The notes under the pieces: model-generated
Databases searched by the model: none
What the model was told of the DNA's origin: nothing
Seen by the model: only the letters and a program-made list of their open reading frames with translations
Source: Bispira polyomma
Lineage: Eukaryota
DNA length: 64,000 nucleotides
NCBI GenBank assembly: GCA_965649765.1
Contig: OZ287755.1
Location: forward strand, 3,472,001-3,536,000
Reading direction: 5' to 3'
Position numbers and translations under genes: made by a program
Shown here: in pieces, positions 12,640 to 26,451 of the stretch
Layout: every line of letters begins with the position of its first letter
Numbering within the stretch: the first letter of the stretch is position 1

Positions 12640-15600
12640 TGTAACCCATCACTAAAAAATTTCCTTCAGTTCCCGACAATACAAGCGCGAATTGTTGAAA
12701 AAGGCAAAATTAAATGAAATCCACATCAAATGGCGTAAACAAAACAAGGCCCACTGTGGTTTTATCCCTTTGTCTACATTGTTTACAAAAATATGGGACA
12801 ATAGTTCAGAAAATTTGGGTATTGATATTCTAGAAATGCATAATTTGTTGCGACAAGATGGTAGACAAAATTTCAAAGGTCTTCAATTACCAGTAAATTT
12901 CCAGCTTAATCCTGCGAGGTGGAAGCAATATTTGGGCGAATATTGGGATTGGCAGTTACCTCTACTCATTAAATATGGGTTCCCCCTTAACGTGTGTTGG
13001 GATAATATTAGCCAATCAGCGTGGCCCAATCACAAATCTGCTTTGGAATTTCATGAACACGTCAAGGTTCTATTTGAAGGAAGAATGTGACTATGGTGCA
13101 ATGCTCGGGCCATCTATGGACCCTCCAATCAAAAATTTGCATTTCTCACCAATGATGACACGCACAAAAACAACCTCAAGTAATAGGCGGATCATCGTTG
13201 ATCTGAGCTGGCCAAAGGGCCAATCAGTTAACGCTGGTGCTTCACCCACCACATACTTGGGTACAGATTTTATATTGTCTTATCCTTCTATTGACCATTT
13301 AACAAATAAGGTACTAAAACTGGGGAGAGGTTGTAAAATATTCAAAATTGACATTAGTAGGGCATTTCGACATGTGCCCATTGATCCTGGGGACATTGAT
13401 TTGTTAGGCCTGAAGTGGGGTTCTTATTTTATAGATAAGTCTATCTTTTAGAGAATTTCAGATGCAGTCAGATACATAATGCACTCTGAGGGTCATAATG
13501 TCCACAATTATTTGGACGATTTTTTATGCATCTCGCTCCCGAGTCAAATCGACAAAATTTACCAACGCTTGCAGGTACTGCTTTCTGAATTTGGACTTTT
13601 AGTCAGCAAGAAAAAATTAGTGCCTTCTAATACTGTGGTTATATGTCTGGGTATTAGTATTGATACTGTAAAATTTACTACTTCTATTCACATTGGAAAA
13701 TTGCAGGAAATTAAAAATATATGTGTCAGATGGAGAAGTAAAAAACCTTGTACCAAGAAAGAACTTCAGTCTTTGCTAGGGTCTCTATTATATGTTGCAA
13801 AATGTATTAGGTATGCTAGAGTATATTTGAATCGAATGTTGGCCTTGTTGAGAGATAACCACAGCAATAATAGATTTCCTCTTACTTAAGAGTTTACTAG
13901 GACCCATAGGTGATTTATTACGTTTATAAATCAGTATATAAAAATCAAGTATATAAATTGTCAGTCCCTACTAATATATCTCATCATAATATTGAGGCAC
14001 TGGAAATGATAAATATAATGGTAGCCTTAAAATTGTGGGCTGAGGCCTGGCGTGGCTTCCGAGTATTATTCAAGTGCGACAACCAAGCAGTGGTTAGTGC
14101 TCTGGAAATGGGGCAAACAAAAGATCCAATATTGGCTACTTATACTTGCAATATATACATGTGGGCCAGTTGTTTCGATATTGACATTAAAGTTGTACAT
14201 ATATTAGGCATTGATAACAATATAGCCGATTTATTGTCTAGGTGGGACAAAACCAAGAATAATAAACAAACTTTAGCTACTTTAGCAGGTCCTGTAGTTT
14301 GGTTAGATACTGACCACACTTTATTACAGGTGGATAATAATATATAGCATAAATACCTCTATTTGTATGTATTTCCTCAACAAATCCAATGGATAGGATG
14401 CTCACAAAGATGGCCTGCCAGAGATTGCATTCAGCTTCGCTGCTTCGACAGCTAAAGCCTATGACAGCATGTATAGACTTTTTCTGGCTTTTGGGGTCTT
14501 CATGAATTGGATCCCCACCCAGGTGAACGTTTTCAACTTTCTTGCATATTTAGAATTTTTAAATTTTAATGCTGTATCACCCTCTTAGATTGCAAATCAT
14601 TTGTCGGCCATCAAAGCTAAGTGCATCCTGTTCCATTTAAATGTTGATGTTTTTTCTGATCCACGAATTTCATATTTTACTAGAGCCTTGTTACTTAATA
14701 GACCTTTGCAAGTAAAATTAAAATGTATTTTTGACATACCCCTGCTTAGTGCTGTAATACAAAAGTGTAATTATATGTATATGGGTCAAGTATTCAAGGC
14801 TGTTTACCTTAGTAGTTTCTTCAGTTTTCTGCGACTCTTAAATCTATGTCCTCATTCAGTAAAGGATTTTTCACCTCTCAAGCATCTCGCCAGGGGCGAT
14901 ATCATGTTCAAGCCTGGTTACGTAGTCCTATTGGTAAAATGGTCAAAAACAATGCAAACTAATGATGCTGTACGACTCCTCACATTACCAGCTCTGTTAA
15001 ATTCTATTTTATGTCCAGTCACAGCCTTGAAGAACTTGTTGGCCATTACTCCTGCTGGTTCAAATTTTCCTTTGTTTCAGTCTAATCTTTCGGCTTCCTG
15101 GATCCCTCTTACTGACACCCGGGTCAGGCGCCATCTCAAAAGTGTGTTACAAATGCTGGGATTACAAAATTCAAATCTCTCCTTCCATGCTTTTCAACGT
15201 TCAGGTGCCACCTTTGCTTTTAATAATAATGTCCGAATCCAAGATATTCAGAGGCATGGCACCTGGACGTTGGATTGTGTGTGGAGATACGTCACAGACT
15301 CAGCCAATGCTGGTTCCCAGGTAGCCCACTCTTTCTTTGCAGCCCTGCGTACTTCTTCGTGATCTGGGTTTGGTGGTCTGCCACATTTTATGTGACAGTA
15401 CATGTTTATATTAATGTATTTAAATAGAAACTTAAAGTAACCATATTACTGTATTGGGCATAAGTCACCTTGCATAACACAGTACATAATGTACTCTTTT
15501 ATCTCAAATTTGATTCAATAATCTCAAACTTAACTTACATTTAAGTCTACCTTACTAGTTAACATGAGGTTGACTTATTGCAACCTTAAACTCAACATGT

Positions 15601-15860
15601 CTCTTCTTTGGCTTAACCTGACCTTAAATTCCAGTTAAGACACTCGTAGACTTAACTTAAGCTTGACACGAAATTTCGAATCAAGCCACACTTAACTAAA
15701 TTACAGATATAAAAGTATATTTATGGTCGCCTTATTCTCAATTTAAGGCTACCTTAGTAATTTCCTAAGGTGACCTTATGCCCTAACTTGATAACTGTGT
15801 ATATCTGCTAAGTAGTAGCCTAACACATTAGTGCCTAATAAAATCTTAAACCGCAATCTT
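12640..15860 (+). mobile_element. Ngaro-type YR retrotransposon copy 2 (family B), 5'-truncated
   Basis: RT ORFs 12692..13889 (RRIIVDLSWP, DISRAFRH, YLDD), RNase H 13910..14347, YR to 15362, conserved 3' module ending CGCAATCT (15852-15859). Confidence 0.9.
14380..15362 (+). pseudogene. tyrosine recombinase of copy 2
   Basis: ORF 14601..15362: FLRLLNL..KWSKTMQ..CPV..HAFQRSGAT..HGTW..Y; N-part frameshifted. Confidence 0.9.
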
Positions 15861-16749
15861 TTACTTGGTTATGCAAGTTTACATATTATTAAATAAGACG
15901 GCTACACAGGGGAACTGACACATATTTAGTACAATGTTAAAATTATATCCAAGCCACCTTGTATTATACACAGTAGTTTGTTTTCAGTGTTCCACCAACT
16001 ATACATTATTTTTTAATAATACACTGGTCGCCCAGTATTTTCTTATAAAAACATTTGTGAAAAAAGGAGATAAATTTCTAATCAACTGATTTTTCATTGT
16101 TATTTTTTTTTTTTTTTTTCAATTGTGAAATCTCGAAAAAGGTTTTTCATATGACATTGCAGGTTTTATTAGTTAAATTTTCAAGCAGCCCATGTTACCA
16201 GTTTTATATCGGACATTAATTAATAGACCATCCAATATGGATTCTAAGACATCTGTGAAAGTGTTATATTGAAAATTTATTAATAGATAATCCAAAATGG
16301 ATTCCAATTGCAGATACATATTTTTATCAATACTATCATTACTTCACAACTTCTCATTTTCAAAATTCCTTTTATCTACCTCTTCATTCCATAGGTTTCC
16401 ACTTACTTGCATTCCCCCACTTTATGTAAATCTTTTTTACCAAAGTTTTTTTAACTTAAAATCCCTGTTGCTTAGTTTCGAGCCATTGGGTGATCTATTG
16501 TGGTGAGAAAAAGACCAGTGTGACCTTCAAATTAAGTCACTTAGATTTATTTAATATACAAGTAGTCAGTGTACTTTACCTGATAGTGGATGTTCACAGG
16601 AAAGTTGGAAATGAATTTGATGTTAAACGCCTTTCCATCACTTGTTTATTAAATAGAACCTGATGATTTTCCTGTGTTTTGCTACTTGTCGGTCATTTTT
16701 GAATAAATTAACAAAACGTTGTTGTGGTGTTTTGAAAGCCTTACAGGAT

Positions 16750-18170
16750 TGAAAGTCAATTTAACAGCTAAGCAATAAATTAAGAAGCATTAAAGTGGTG
16801 GCCAAAGTTGACAATCTCAATATCGTAATACAGAAAACAGATGAAAACTTTGAAATAGTGCAATCTGAACTAGAAACTATTAAAGTGGAAACCCAATTCT
16901 TAGATAGTAGATTGGCCAGAGTGCAAAGTATTCTCGGTAACTTACAAAGAAATGGGTTGCAACAATAACTCAGATTCATGGAAAATATCTTACTCTTCTA
17001 TAACATTGCTCAACAGGCTGGGACAATGCCTGACAATACAGATGACGTTCTTCACAATTTTATGGGAGCTGAGCGTAAAATGTCAAATAGAGAAAGTGTA
17101 GTTTTAATTAAAGTCTATAGATTAGATATGAACATTTCAAAAGAATAAAAGACCAATACTAGATAGGTTTGGTGTCTTCAAGGCTTAGTTAAAAGTCCTT
17201 AGAAGTGCCAGAAATTTGGATCCCTCGAAGAAGTAATTAGCTTCCTCCAGAGTGACAAGAGAGGTAGAAAAAACTGCTGCCTCAGTACCAAGAAGCAAAG
17301 ATAAATGGCCAACAAGTAAGATGGATAGGAGACAAGCTGTCGATCGAGAATGACCTTATTCAAGTACAGAAGGACACTATAAAATTATAAAATATCTCAA
17401 CTATGATACTGAGAGATATGCAGCAGCAAAGTTCTTCCTCACACCGTCAAAGAATCTTATTAAACACAAAGTTTGAACATAATTTTTTGTCAGAAATATA
17501 AAGATGAAAATGGTAATATCATATCACTTTAGTGATCAACTTTAGTGATATACAGGTAAAGCTGATTAATGTATATGCTCGAAAGAAAGACTCACCGGTT
17601 TTTTTCATGCAACTTAAGGAACTTTTGGATTAAGAATAAGAAAACTGCTTTATAAATTTGTAGGAGGAAAGGGACTTTGGAAATTGAATTGTAGCCTTTT
17701 AAAAGATAAGGAATATGTAGATTTCGTAATTGTATTTTAAAAAAAGAAAAGCATAAATAGACTCTAGAGTATATGATTTACCATTTTTAAGAGTATATCC
17801 CAGAAAATGATATTAAATTCACAATAAATGATAAGTAATTCCTGGAAATGTTAATGTCAAGAGTTAGATGTGAAACAATCAAATTTTCAAGCTTTCGGAA
17901 AAGGAGCAGTGTAAGCTTAAAAAAGTGTAATAAAAGACATTGAAAATTTTAAAAATAATGCTGCATATGAAGAATAAAAGAAAAATTTTAAAAATAATAC
18001 AGGCTAGTGCTATTTGGGCGAGAACTTAATTGCTTAATAAAGGAGAAAAGCCTACCAAGTTCTTTGAAAAATATCATTATACAGAAAATAATTTTTAAAT
18101 GTATAAAATGGAATGATGGAAAGGGCATTACCGATCAAAAAGAAATGTTAAAAGAGATTCATTTTAATGC
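16750..18170 (+). mobile_element. decayed L1/Tx1-like LINE (ORF1 plus ORF2 fragments)
   Basis: Manual translation: coiled coil then RFMENILLFYNI..., QLPPE..KKLLPQYQEAK..GDKLSIE (ORF1-like); INVYA..DSPVFF, GKGLWKLNCSLLKDKEY, GEKPTKFF (ORF2-like). Confidence 0.7.
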
Positions 18171-18199
18171 AGTTTAGGGAGGTGGCTTCTATATTGAGG

Positions 18200-18450
18200 A
18201 AACAGAGGAAGGAGAAGATACGCATGGTCATGTCCAGTGACGCAGAGGAGGAGGCACTGGTGGACTTTTTGTGGGATCATGAATGGCTATACAAACAAGA
18301 GAGACCCACAATATAAAGACACCCAGGCTAATGAAATGTTGTGGCTGGAGTTTTGGATGGTGCTTGAACATGGAAGAAGTGAAGAAGTGGTTTTAATCAA
18401 AGAGGACTATCCATAGCAAGCTGATCATCAGGATGTCTGGCAAGGCAACA
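18200..18450 (+). pseudogene. MADF/Myb-SANT-like DNA-binding ORF remnant of a Harbinger transposon
   Basis: EEEALVDFLWDHEWLY..RDPQYKDTQANEMLW...VKKWF.SKRT..SKL..SG; convergent with the transposase remnant at 20658-20918. Confidence 0.6.
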
Positions 18451-18489
18451 CCTGAACAAATAATTTAAAAAAATGCGATACTAAGAATC

Positions 18490-20310
18490 ACCCAAAGGTA
18501 GAACTCAGGTTGAGTCAAGCACCCTTTATGTGGAAACACCCCTAAGTAGAACTCTGTTAAGTCAAGTACCCTTTATGTGGAAACCCTCTAACTAGAACTC
18601 TGTTAAGTCAAGCACCCTTTATGTGGAAACCCCCTAAGTAGAACTATGTTAAGTCAAGTGCTCTTTATGTGGAAACCCCCCTAAGTAGAACTTCGTTAAG
18701 TCAAGCACCCTTTATGTGGCAACCCTCTAAGTAGAACTCTGTTAAATCAAGCACCCTTTATGTGGAAACCCCCCCCCTAAGTAGAACTATGTTAAGTCAA
18801 GCACCCTTTATGTGGAAATCATCCTAAGTAGAACTCTGTTAAGGCTTTAGTGACGTAAACACAAAAAACGATCGCCGCTAAACCACGTTGTGAAGGAATC
18901 ACTGTCTAGAAACATACACTACATTGTTATAAAGGCCTCAAAGTCAATTTTTAAATACGATTTTTGCTTTATGAGTTGTGAAAATGATAGAGGACAGATT
19001 AAATAACAATTCAAGCTGAATTTTATAAATTTTAACACTGATTTTAACAATTTATCAGCAACAAATACTATGTATAAGAAGGTGTAAAATTGTAACAAAA
19101 ACATCAATATTTGTCCAAGTACACCCTCCACAAACGTGACACAATACACATACCAAGAAGGTATTAATACTGAAATATTGTACATGACTAGAAAAAGGAA
19201 AACATTAGCAATATTTTGAATGAATTCGTTTTTTCATGAAAGTACAAAAACGGGGATAAATAGAAAAAACATTAAAGTTACACTCTTCTGAACAGAACGA
19301 TACTTTGTATTCTTCGTTTAAAAAACATAAGGAAACATATTTAAAAATGTAATTCATTCAAAACAATATACACGTTCTATAAAGCTGTGTAGTATATATA
19401 ATATGTTTATATATGCTGGATCAATACTCGTATTGTGTCACAATAGACGGGGCTCTCTGCGAGAATTGTCTACAAATATGACGTTCTACCACAGATTTCA
19501 AATCGTGTGACGTCACAATACAAGAATCGTTTTCGGCTTTTTGATTAACTATGCAATAAAATAATGAAGTTTTAAATAGTATTTGAATATAAAAATATGT
19601 AAAACGATCATTAAATAACCATTTTATGACTGCTGTAGTAGGTATATGTGCTAAAGTTACAATTCGTAAATGCAATATGATTTATCGGCAACGTGTTTGT
19701 GTGTTTACGTTACTAAAGCCTTAAGTCAAGCACTCTTTATGTGGAAACCCCCCTAAGTAGAACTCTGTTGAGTCAAGCCCCCTTTATGTGGAAACCCCCT
19801 TAGGTAGAACTCTGTTCAGTCAAGCACCCTTTATGTGGCAACCGTCTAAGTAGAACTCTGTTAAATCAAGCACCCGTTATGTGGAAACCCCCCTAAGTAG
19901 AACTATGTTAAGTCAAGCACCCTTTATGTGGAAATCCTCCTAAGTAGAACTCTGTTGAGTCAAGCACCCTTTATGTGGCAACCCTCTAAGTAGAACTCTG
20001 TTAAGTCAAGCACCCTTTATGTGGAAACTCCCCTAAGTAGAACTCTGTTGAGTCAAACCCCCTTTATGTGGAAACCCCCTTAGGTAGAACTCTGTCCAGT
20101 CAAGCACCCTTTATGTGGAAACCCCCCAAGTAGAACTCTGTTAAGTCACGCATCCTTTATATGGAAATCCTCCTAAGTAGAATTCTGTTGAGTAAAGCAC
20201 CATTTATGTGGAAACCCCCTAAGGTAGAACTCTGTTCAGTCAAGCCCCCTATATGTAGAAACCTCTCAGTAGAACTCTGTTAGGTTAAGTCCCCTTTATG
20301 TGGAACCCAG
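18490..20310. repeat. ~46-bp minisatellite (about 20 copies), split by a MITE
   Basis: Unit GTCAAGCACCCTTTATGTGGAAACCCCCTAAGTAGAACTCTGTTAA, head-to-tail with no spacers; blocks 18490-18842 and 19721-20310. Confidence 0.95.
18843..19720. mobile_element. non-autonomous DNA transposon (Kolobok-like, TTAA target)
   Basis: TIR GGCTTTAGTGACGTAAACAC / GTGTTTACGTTACTAAAGCC; TTAA on both sides; removal restores a minisatellite unit. A TA-TSD reading is also possible. Confidence 0.85.
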
Positions 20311-20779
20311 TAAGCTTTTCATTAAATATACTTAAGTGGGGGAGTTGTTTAAATACATGTGTTTTTTTAGGCATCCTGGGGTTAGACTGTAAAATTATGT
20401 GTATGGGAGGGGGGCTAAGTATTTTTGTATTTGTGTGCATGTGTGTTAAGTTATTTGGGGGGCCAGCATGCTTTTTGTCATGAGGAGTTTTATGGGGGTT
20501 TTCTTTACAGTTTAAACATTGTTTTTGGTGTCCCTGAAAAGGGCCTTTTAGGTTTGTTCTTGGCTCAGCTTCAGGCTCAGGAGTAGACTCAAACTTGATC
20601 GTTCTGCCAGGGCATTACCCCCTTATTGTCGAAATATTGCATGAGTGGCTCACTCTGTTATTTTGATGCCCTGCTGGGATTTCTACAGTTGGGTGGGTTG
20701 TTTCCTCCAGCACATGCTGCTATCGGTGGGATAAGTGGGCCATCTTCTAGGATACCTGGATTAGCCATGCTGATAGCTA

Positions 20780-20925
20780 CGGTACTCATCAGAAGCACCA
20801 AGAATCTCTGGAATAATATCCCAAATGCATTTTTGACCACTCTTCGGCCTCTGGAGATCTTGTAATTGTATAACCTTTTATTCATGCTCATCCCCCATTG
20901 GGAGTAGGGTTTCATCAACCATAAA
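20780..20925 (-). pseudogene. PIF/Harbinger DDE transposase fragment
   Basis: [33 protein letters not shown] is the typical DDE_Tnp_4/HARBI1 C-terminal motif. Confidence 0.8.
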
Positions 20926-21689
20926 AAAATGTGAAATTACTGGCTTTTCCTCAGTTGCTGTCCATTACCCATCTCTGTAATTGTTTATTGAGTTGGAAAC
21001 AGCAGTGTTGAAGTATATTTTGCGGTGGGAAATGTGGCAACAGCACACAATTTCTACTCTGACTATTAAATCTACCAGACAAATGAAAACACATTTACCA
21101 TGCATTACCATATAACAATTTGGAAAATATGCCCTATTACAGTCAGTGGTCCTTAATAATCCCTTGTTAATATTTGTTTGACTTTTGTACGGGTAAAAAA
21201 TAAAGATGTCTTATTTTAGGTCTTGATAAGGTTATTTGACCGTGCCTTGCTAGAATGAGTTCTGACTTATAAAGGTTTTAAGTTTTGTGATAAACTTAGG
21301 TTAGGAAGTTCGATGCAGGTTTGGGAATATTTATTTCAATTCTATTTACATCTTCACATATCTTAAAAGTGTATATAAAATGTAAAAATATAGGCCAAAG
21401 CCAGAGTCAGTGTAAAAACACATATTTTTATCATGTAAAACAATATTCTAAAATAGATACCATACAAGGTGACTGACAACTGACACAGTAAAGAAATACC
21501 ATATTTAGCACAATTTTATTTAATAATCCATAACTACATATATTAACTAAACATTTCATAAAGTATGCACATATATTTATTTTACATTTTTATGTTTTAC
21601 TTTTCTCTGCCTTTTGGCGTGTATTGTATCTGTTTTAACCCAAAAGAGACCAACAGGTTATTTCGTGTGTTGCTACGCTGATAAATTGA

Positions 21690-21900
21690 CCCTGTGGTTG
21701 GTAGCATTAGCTACATAATCACTGGCATCTCGCTAATCTGGGTTTAAATCACATTTGTCCCTTCATAGGAAGGTAGGAATGTTTGCCAGATACTTGCCAC
21801 AGGCCGGTGGCTTACAATGCTTCAGCACTTGTTTCCTCCACCATTAAATGTGACCATCATATGATCTGTTGCAAGTGATGTTAAAATTCAACTAAAAATT
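21690..21900 (+). mobile_element. degenerate tRNA-SINE
   Basis: ATCACTGG..CTC head and GTTTCCTCCACCATTAAA..TGACC..GATGTTAAA tail similar to SINE at 262-515. Confidence 0.5.
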
Positions 21901-23439
21901 CAAATTCCCAAATGAGTTTTGTTGATGTGTCCCTGATGTACCTTTGCCCCTGTTTATTGCATTATCTCCCTACATAGATTAGATAACCTTCACATCAATC
22001 TTTCAATTTTTTGATTATGGTTGCTTAGTTGCCAGTGAGATATGTCCTGACCTGTGGGAGATGGTCCCATAACTTTAAACAACCATCGCTATCAATTGTT
22101 TACATATACAGTCACTGTATCTCTTGGGGACAATGGTAATTGAAATTAAAGTTTAATACACCAACTAGCACATCGGTATAGGTACAAATTAATCCTTGAT
22201 TACTCATTCAAAGTTGCAGAATTACTTACTCTATATTACTACTACACAATATTATTATTATTATTATTGTTGAAATATTTATATATCACCCTATTGATAT
22301 TATTTATTCGTTTTTCCTTTCAGTAACCTCAAGAGATTAAACATACTTTCTGTTTCGTCTGTAAGACCAACCAAAAGGGCTGGACCACATCAATTTAATT
22401 GAGTCTGGTCATCACCATTAGACAATGCGACGTGCTGACATCTTGCCCAAGAAAGTCAACCCACAATGAACCTTGTAGCATTAGCGGGAACAAGGGAATT
22501 TGCCATCACAAGACCAACTCCCCCAAACCGGAAGTCTGAGCAGGGACCTTCTGATCACCAAACTAACTCTATAAACCTGTACTATACAAAATGCTGAATT
22601 AAACTCTCAAGTTTATCTCGTTGCCAGTTTGGTGAAAAATTTACTGTTACAAAAGAATGAATGGCAGATTTTTTTTAGGATTTTATCAAAACACAAAACC
22701 CATATTTGCTGCAAATATGTCTTCGTCTATTTCGGGAAAAATGCCACTTTCAACTCCTTGCACTGCAATTAAGGCTGTTGAGGTTTAAGTCAAATATGTA
22801 CTTTGAAGAATGCTTAAAAATCGAGACTACAAATGCATAATGCTCCTAATAATTTGGTATATAGGTCACCTGCTTCAGCATCACTGGCTTCTCACCAATG
22901 TGAGTTCAAATCTGGTTGGTTTCTGCATGTAAAAAGTTGTAGGGGATAAAAGTTTTTGTCTCACCTCAACGTTAAGGAAAAAAACGGCATATCATGCTTA
23001 AAAAGTATCTTCTGTCCAGAGAAAATAGATATGTGTTTCTATCACCTTACATATTGTGCAAACTTACAAGAGAGTTTTTCAATGCGTTATCTGAGTAACA
23101 CACATACTGACGATTATGTCATTGGGTCCTATTTACAGGAAGGAAGGCTAAAAACTCATTAGGATTTGATAAGTAGTCATCCTCACAAACATCTGTTCAG
23201 TTAGAGGATTGACAGATGTTTGTACTAGTTGGTTGTATTTCTCTAGTGGATGACAAAAAGGTTCATGACAGAGCCCCACCATTTTTAGTAGTTATCTGAG
23301 CTACAAAGTATTTGCCTGTGTACCAGCTCACCCTTGGCTGGTATCAAACCCAGGTCATCTATATCCCTAAGCAAGCGTGTTAACGGCTCCAATGCATTGA
23401 GGCAGCATTGGCGTACCACCTCACAAGTAAACATGCGAG

Positions 23440-25296
23440 TACTTTAGTTATTTGTACTTCTGTAAACAAAGATAAAGGTCAAAGAAGTAGTGTCACAGGT
23501 ACTGACAGTATCGTACCTACTGTCGATTTTCTGAAACAAAACGCTCAAATAAAAATACGAGTTGAGCAGAGCTTAAGGCCATTAATAAGAATCCGTACTC
23601 ATGGGTAGCTCAAAAACTCGCCCCTCTTATTTGACATCGGTGCAGTGGGTTTATGTCTTCATTCGAATAGCTCATGCAAAAAAAATCACTAGAAATTATG
23701 GATGTTAGACTATATGGGGAGATTGATGGAAGACCCGCAAGATTTCTTATGGGAGACAGCAAAAGTATGCCACGCAGTATTGCAAACTAACATGGAAATG
23801 GACAAATTGTCGATGTTAGATGTTGAGTAAGTTGATCGTATACGTAGGGCTCATGCACCGTGACATCTCACATCCTCCAAAAATGTAAACAAATCCAATA
23901 CCAGGAATCTAACCAGCAAGAAATGGGGTTTCAAAAAAAGGTCCATGCCTTGTAGGTTCTTCCAAAATGGGACGTGTAAGCACCAGAATAGTCATAATAT
24001 AGGTGGACTGTTCTATAAACATAGCTGTTATACCTTCTAAGGCAGTCACAGCAAATATTTTGTACTAAATGTGACTTGAAGTCCCTTCTGGGGCTCTGCT
24101 GTATGTGGTCAAGTGTAAAAAAATATGCAAGAGTATTTCTAAATAGAATGCTAAATCTCCTAAGAAAATATTACACTAAAAACAAATACAAATCACAGAA
24201 GATTTCAGAGGAGACATGAACTGGTTTCGAACTTTCATAGAACACCTCAATGGGGCGTAATTTTTATGGCATAAAGCCACTGTACAAATTTAATTGGATG
24301 TTTGTCTCACAGGAATGTAGGCATATATTCAAACTAAGTGTACCAAATTAAGATTCCTATTAATATGACACAGATAAATATTGCTTATCTAGAAATGCTC
24401 AATATCCTTGTAGCTATCAAGCTTTGGGCAAAAAACTGGCTATGGCCAACAAATATTAGTGAAGTGTGACAATCAAGCGGTTAGAGTTTTACAAACTGGA
24501 CATACCAGAGACGCCACCTTCACTGCATACACCAGAAATATTTACATTTTTGCTAGCAAATTCGATATTGAAATCCAGGTAATACATATTTTAGATGTCA
24601 AAAACAGGATAGAAGACGAACTGTCTCGATGGAGTGAAGTAAGTAGACATTTGAAAAATGAAAAATGTATTAAAAATGCTTGAAGTTCAGTCTTCTGGTT
24701 CGACGTTTCACTCATTCTGGCATTGGGGTGCCCCCTTTGCTTTTAATAATAATGTCAAGTTACATTACAGACTAAGCAGATGCTGGCTCTCAGGTGGCGG
24801 ACTGCTTCAGCTCGTTCCCACAAAATACTCTTTAATTCTAGTTGGGGTTTGGTGGTCTGACAAAATTCTTTAGTCATCTGGCCTTATACCATCATCAATT
24901 TTTTAAATGTTTTATATAGTAAAAAGTTGGACAGTAAACAACAAAAGTTTCCTGTCTGGGCATAAGGTCACCTTTCAGTACATAAGTACATAATGTACTA
25001 GTTTACTGAAGTTTAGACTGAAACCAATCAAGTCAAACTTTAAATCATTTAACCTAAAACTTTAAATTTCTTTTTTAAGTTTAACTCAAATTTAAAATTC
25101 AAATTGCTAACCTTAAACTCAAAATTCCCTTTAAGTTAAGACTTAAATTAAGGATTAAGTTTACTTACTTAACTTCATAGTAAAAACTTACTTCATGTAA
25201 GGATACCTTATGCCCTTTGTATTGCATATCTTAACTGTGCATAAACTTTACTAGTATAAATCTAAACAATAAATAAAATTGTATTACTCGCAATCT
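23440..25296 (+). mobile_element. internally deleted YR retrotransposon (family B)
   Basis: gag remnant (TDSIVPTVDFLKQNAQ; GDLMEDPQDF..AKVCHAV), RNase H remnant (KCDNQAV..ELSRW), YR tail (FHSF..AFNNNV), same 3' module as copies 2 and 4. Confidence 0.8.
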
Positions 25297-25519
25297 GTTG
25301 CCATTGTCTTGATAACTTTAATTTCAACATTTAATTAATCTGACCAGTACCATGGGAAAATGCCAAAGGGTGTTGACATAAAGTTATCCATTAGTATAGT
25401 TCATTCGCACTAAAAAACACCAGGTTCTGTACAAATTTTTATTTGTGTTTTCCAAGACTTTGTCATCGTCCAAAGTGAAGCTAGTTTGACTATTATCACG
25501 CAAAATATATTTACCATAT

Positions 25520-25707
25520 CAGTTCACCTAAGTGTGTGCCCAGCTTAAGGAGGTAACGAGAAGTGATATTTTAGTATATATGTGGTGTAAAGATGTAATA
25601 AAACTCTAGGTTTGAGATTTTATTATTTACACGTTAGAACATAGTATACATGTAAAGAGGGTTAAAATAGAAAATTTTTTAAATTTTTAGATAATTTTAA
25701 AACACCC
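25520..25707 (-). repeat. split direct repeat B2
   Basis: Near-identical to 26639-26824. Confidence 0.95.
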
Positions 25708-26451
25708 GTAACAGTCCATATAAACGTATCATCAATAACAGTATATACGTTCACAAATCAAAAAAAAGGACTAGCCATAAAAGTTACAAATAAAAACAAC
25801 ATACTAGGTTAAACCTTTCACTGAGTAATATATTAGTTGCATATCTTCTATTAGAGAACAGTACTAACCTGTGTACAAGCACCAGGATTTTATCCATTAT
25901 CATAATAAATTCACATAAACTGTCCATCGTTCAAGAATATAACTTTACGACTGAAAAATCAGCCATGTACTTGGCCAGTATGCCAGTATCACAGTATATG
26001 ATGTCCAGTACCCCTAATTAATCAGACGTTTCAATATATTTCAATATGTTACCGTGCAGGGGCAACCACAAGCGGCTAGTTGGAGGAAGCCGGCCCTGCG
26101 GCACCGAATCGCCTAGCGGGGGGTCGTGATGTTCAGAGCTCTTTTTCTACCCTGGCCCCCTAAACGTGAACTCAGGGGAGGTTTAGAGATCACGACCCCT
26201 CACACGGACACGGACTACTCCCACCAGCGTCCAGTGGATGCACCTGCCAAGAATTTACCCAACTTTAAAGATCACACCTTAACATACTGCATCCTGTTGG
26301 ACGCCCTCATATAAGATTTTAAATACACTTTAAGCAAGCTACACGAATGCACTCCTGTCTATTCGTGGCTAATAACAATGCACTATTATATTGCTGTGGT
26401 AAGGGGAGGAGGTGGGATAACTTTTCCCTATGTTGCTTCTTCAGGGCCGCG

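Noticed and set aside
18490-20310. CRISPR-like appearance of the 46-bp repeats
   Set aside because: Units are contiguous with no unique spacers, there are no cas genes, and the context is eukaryotic.
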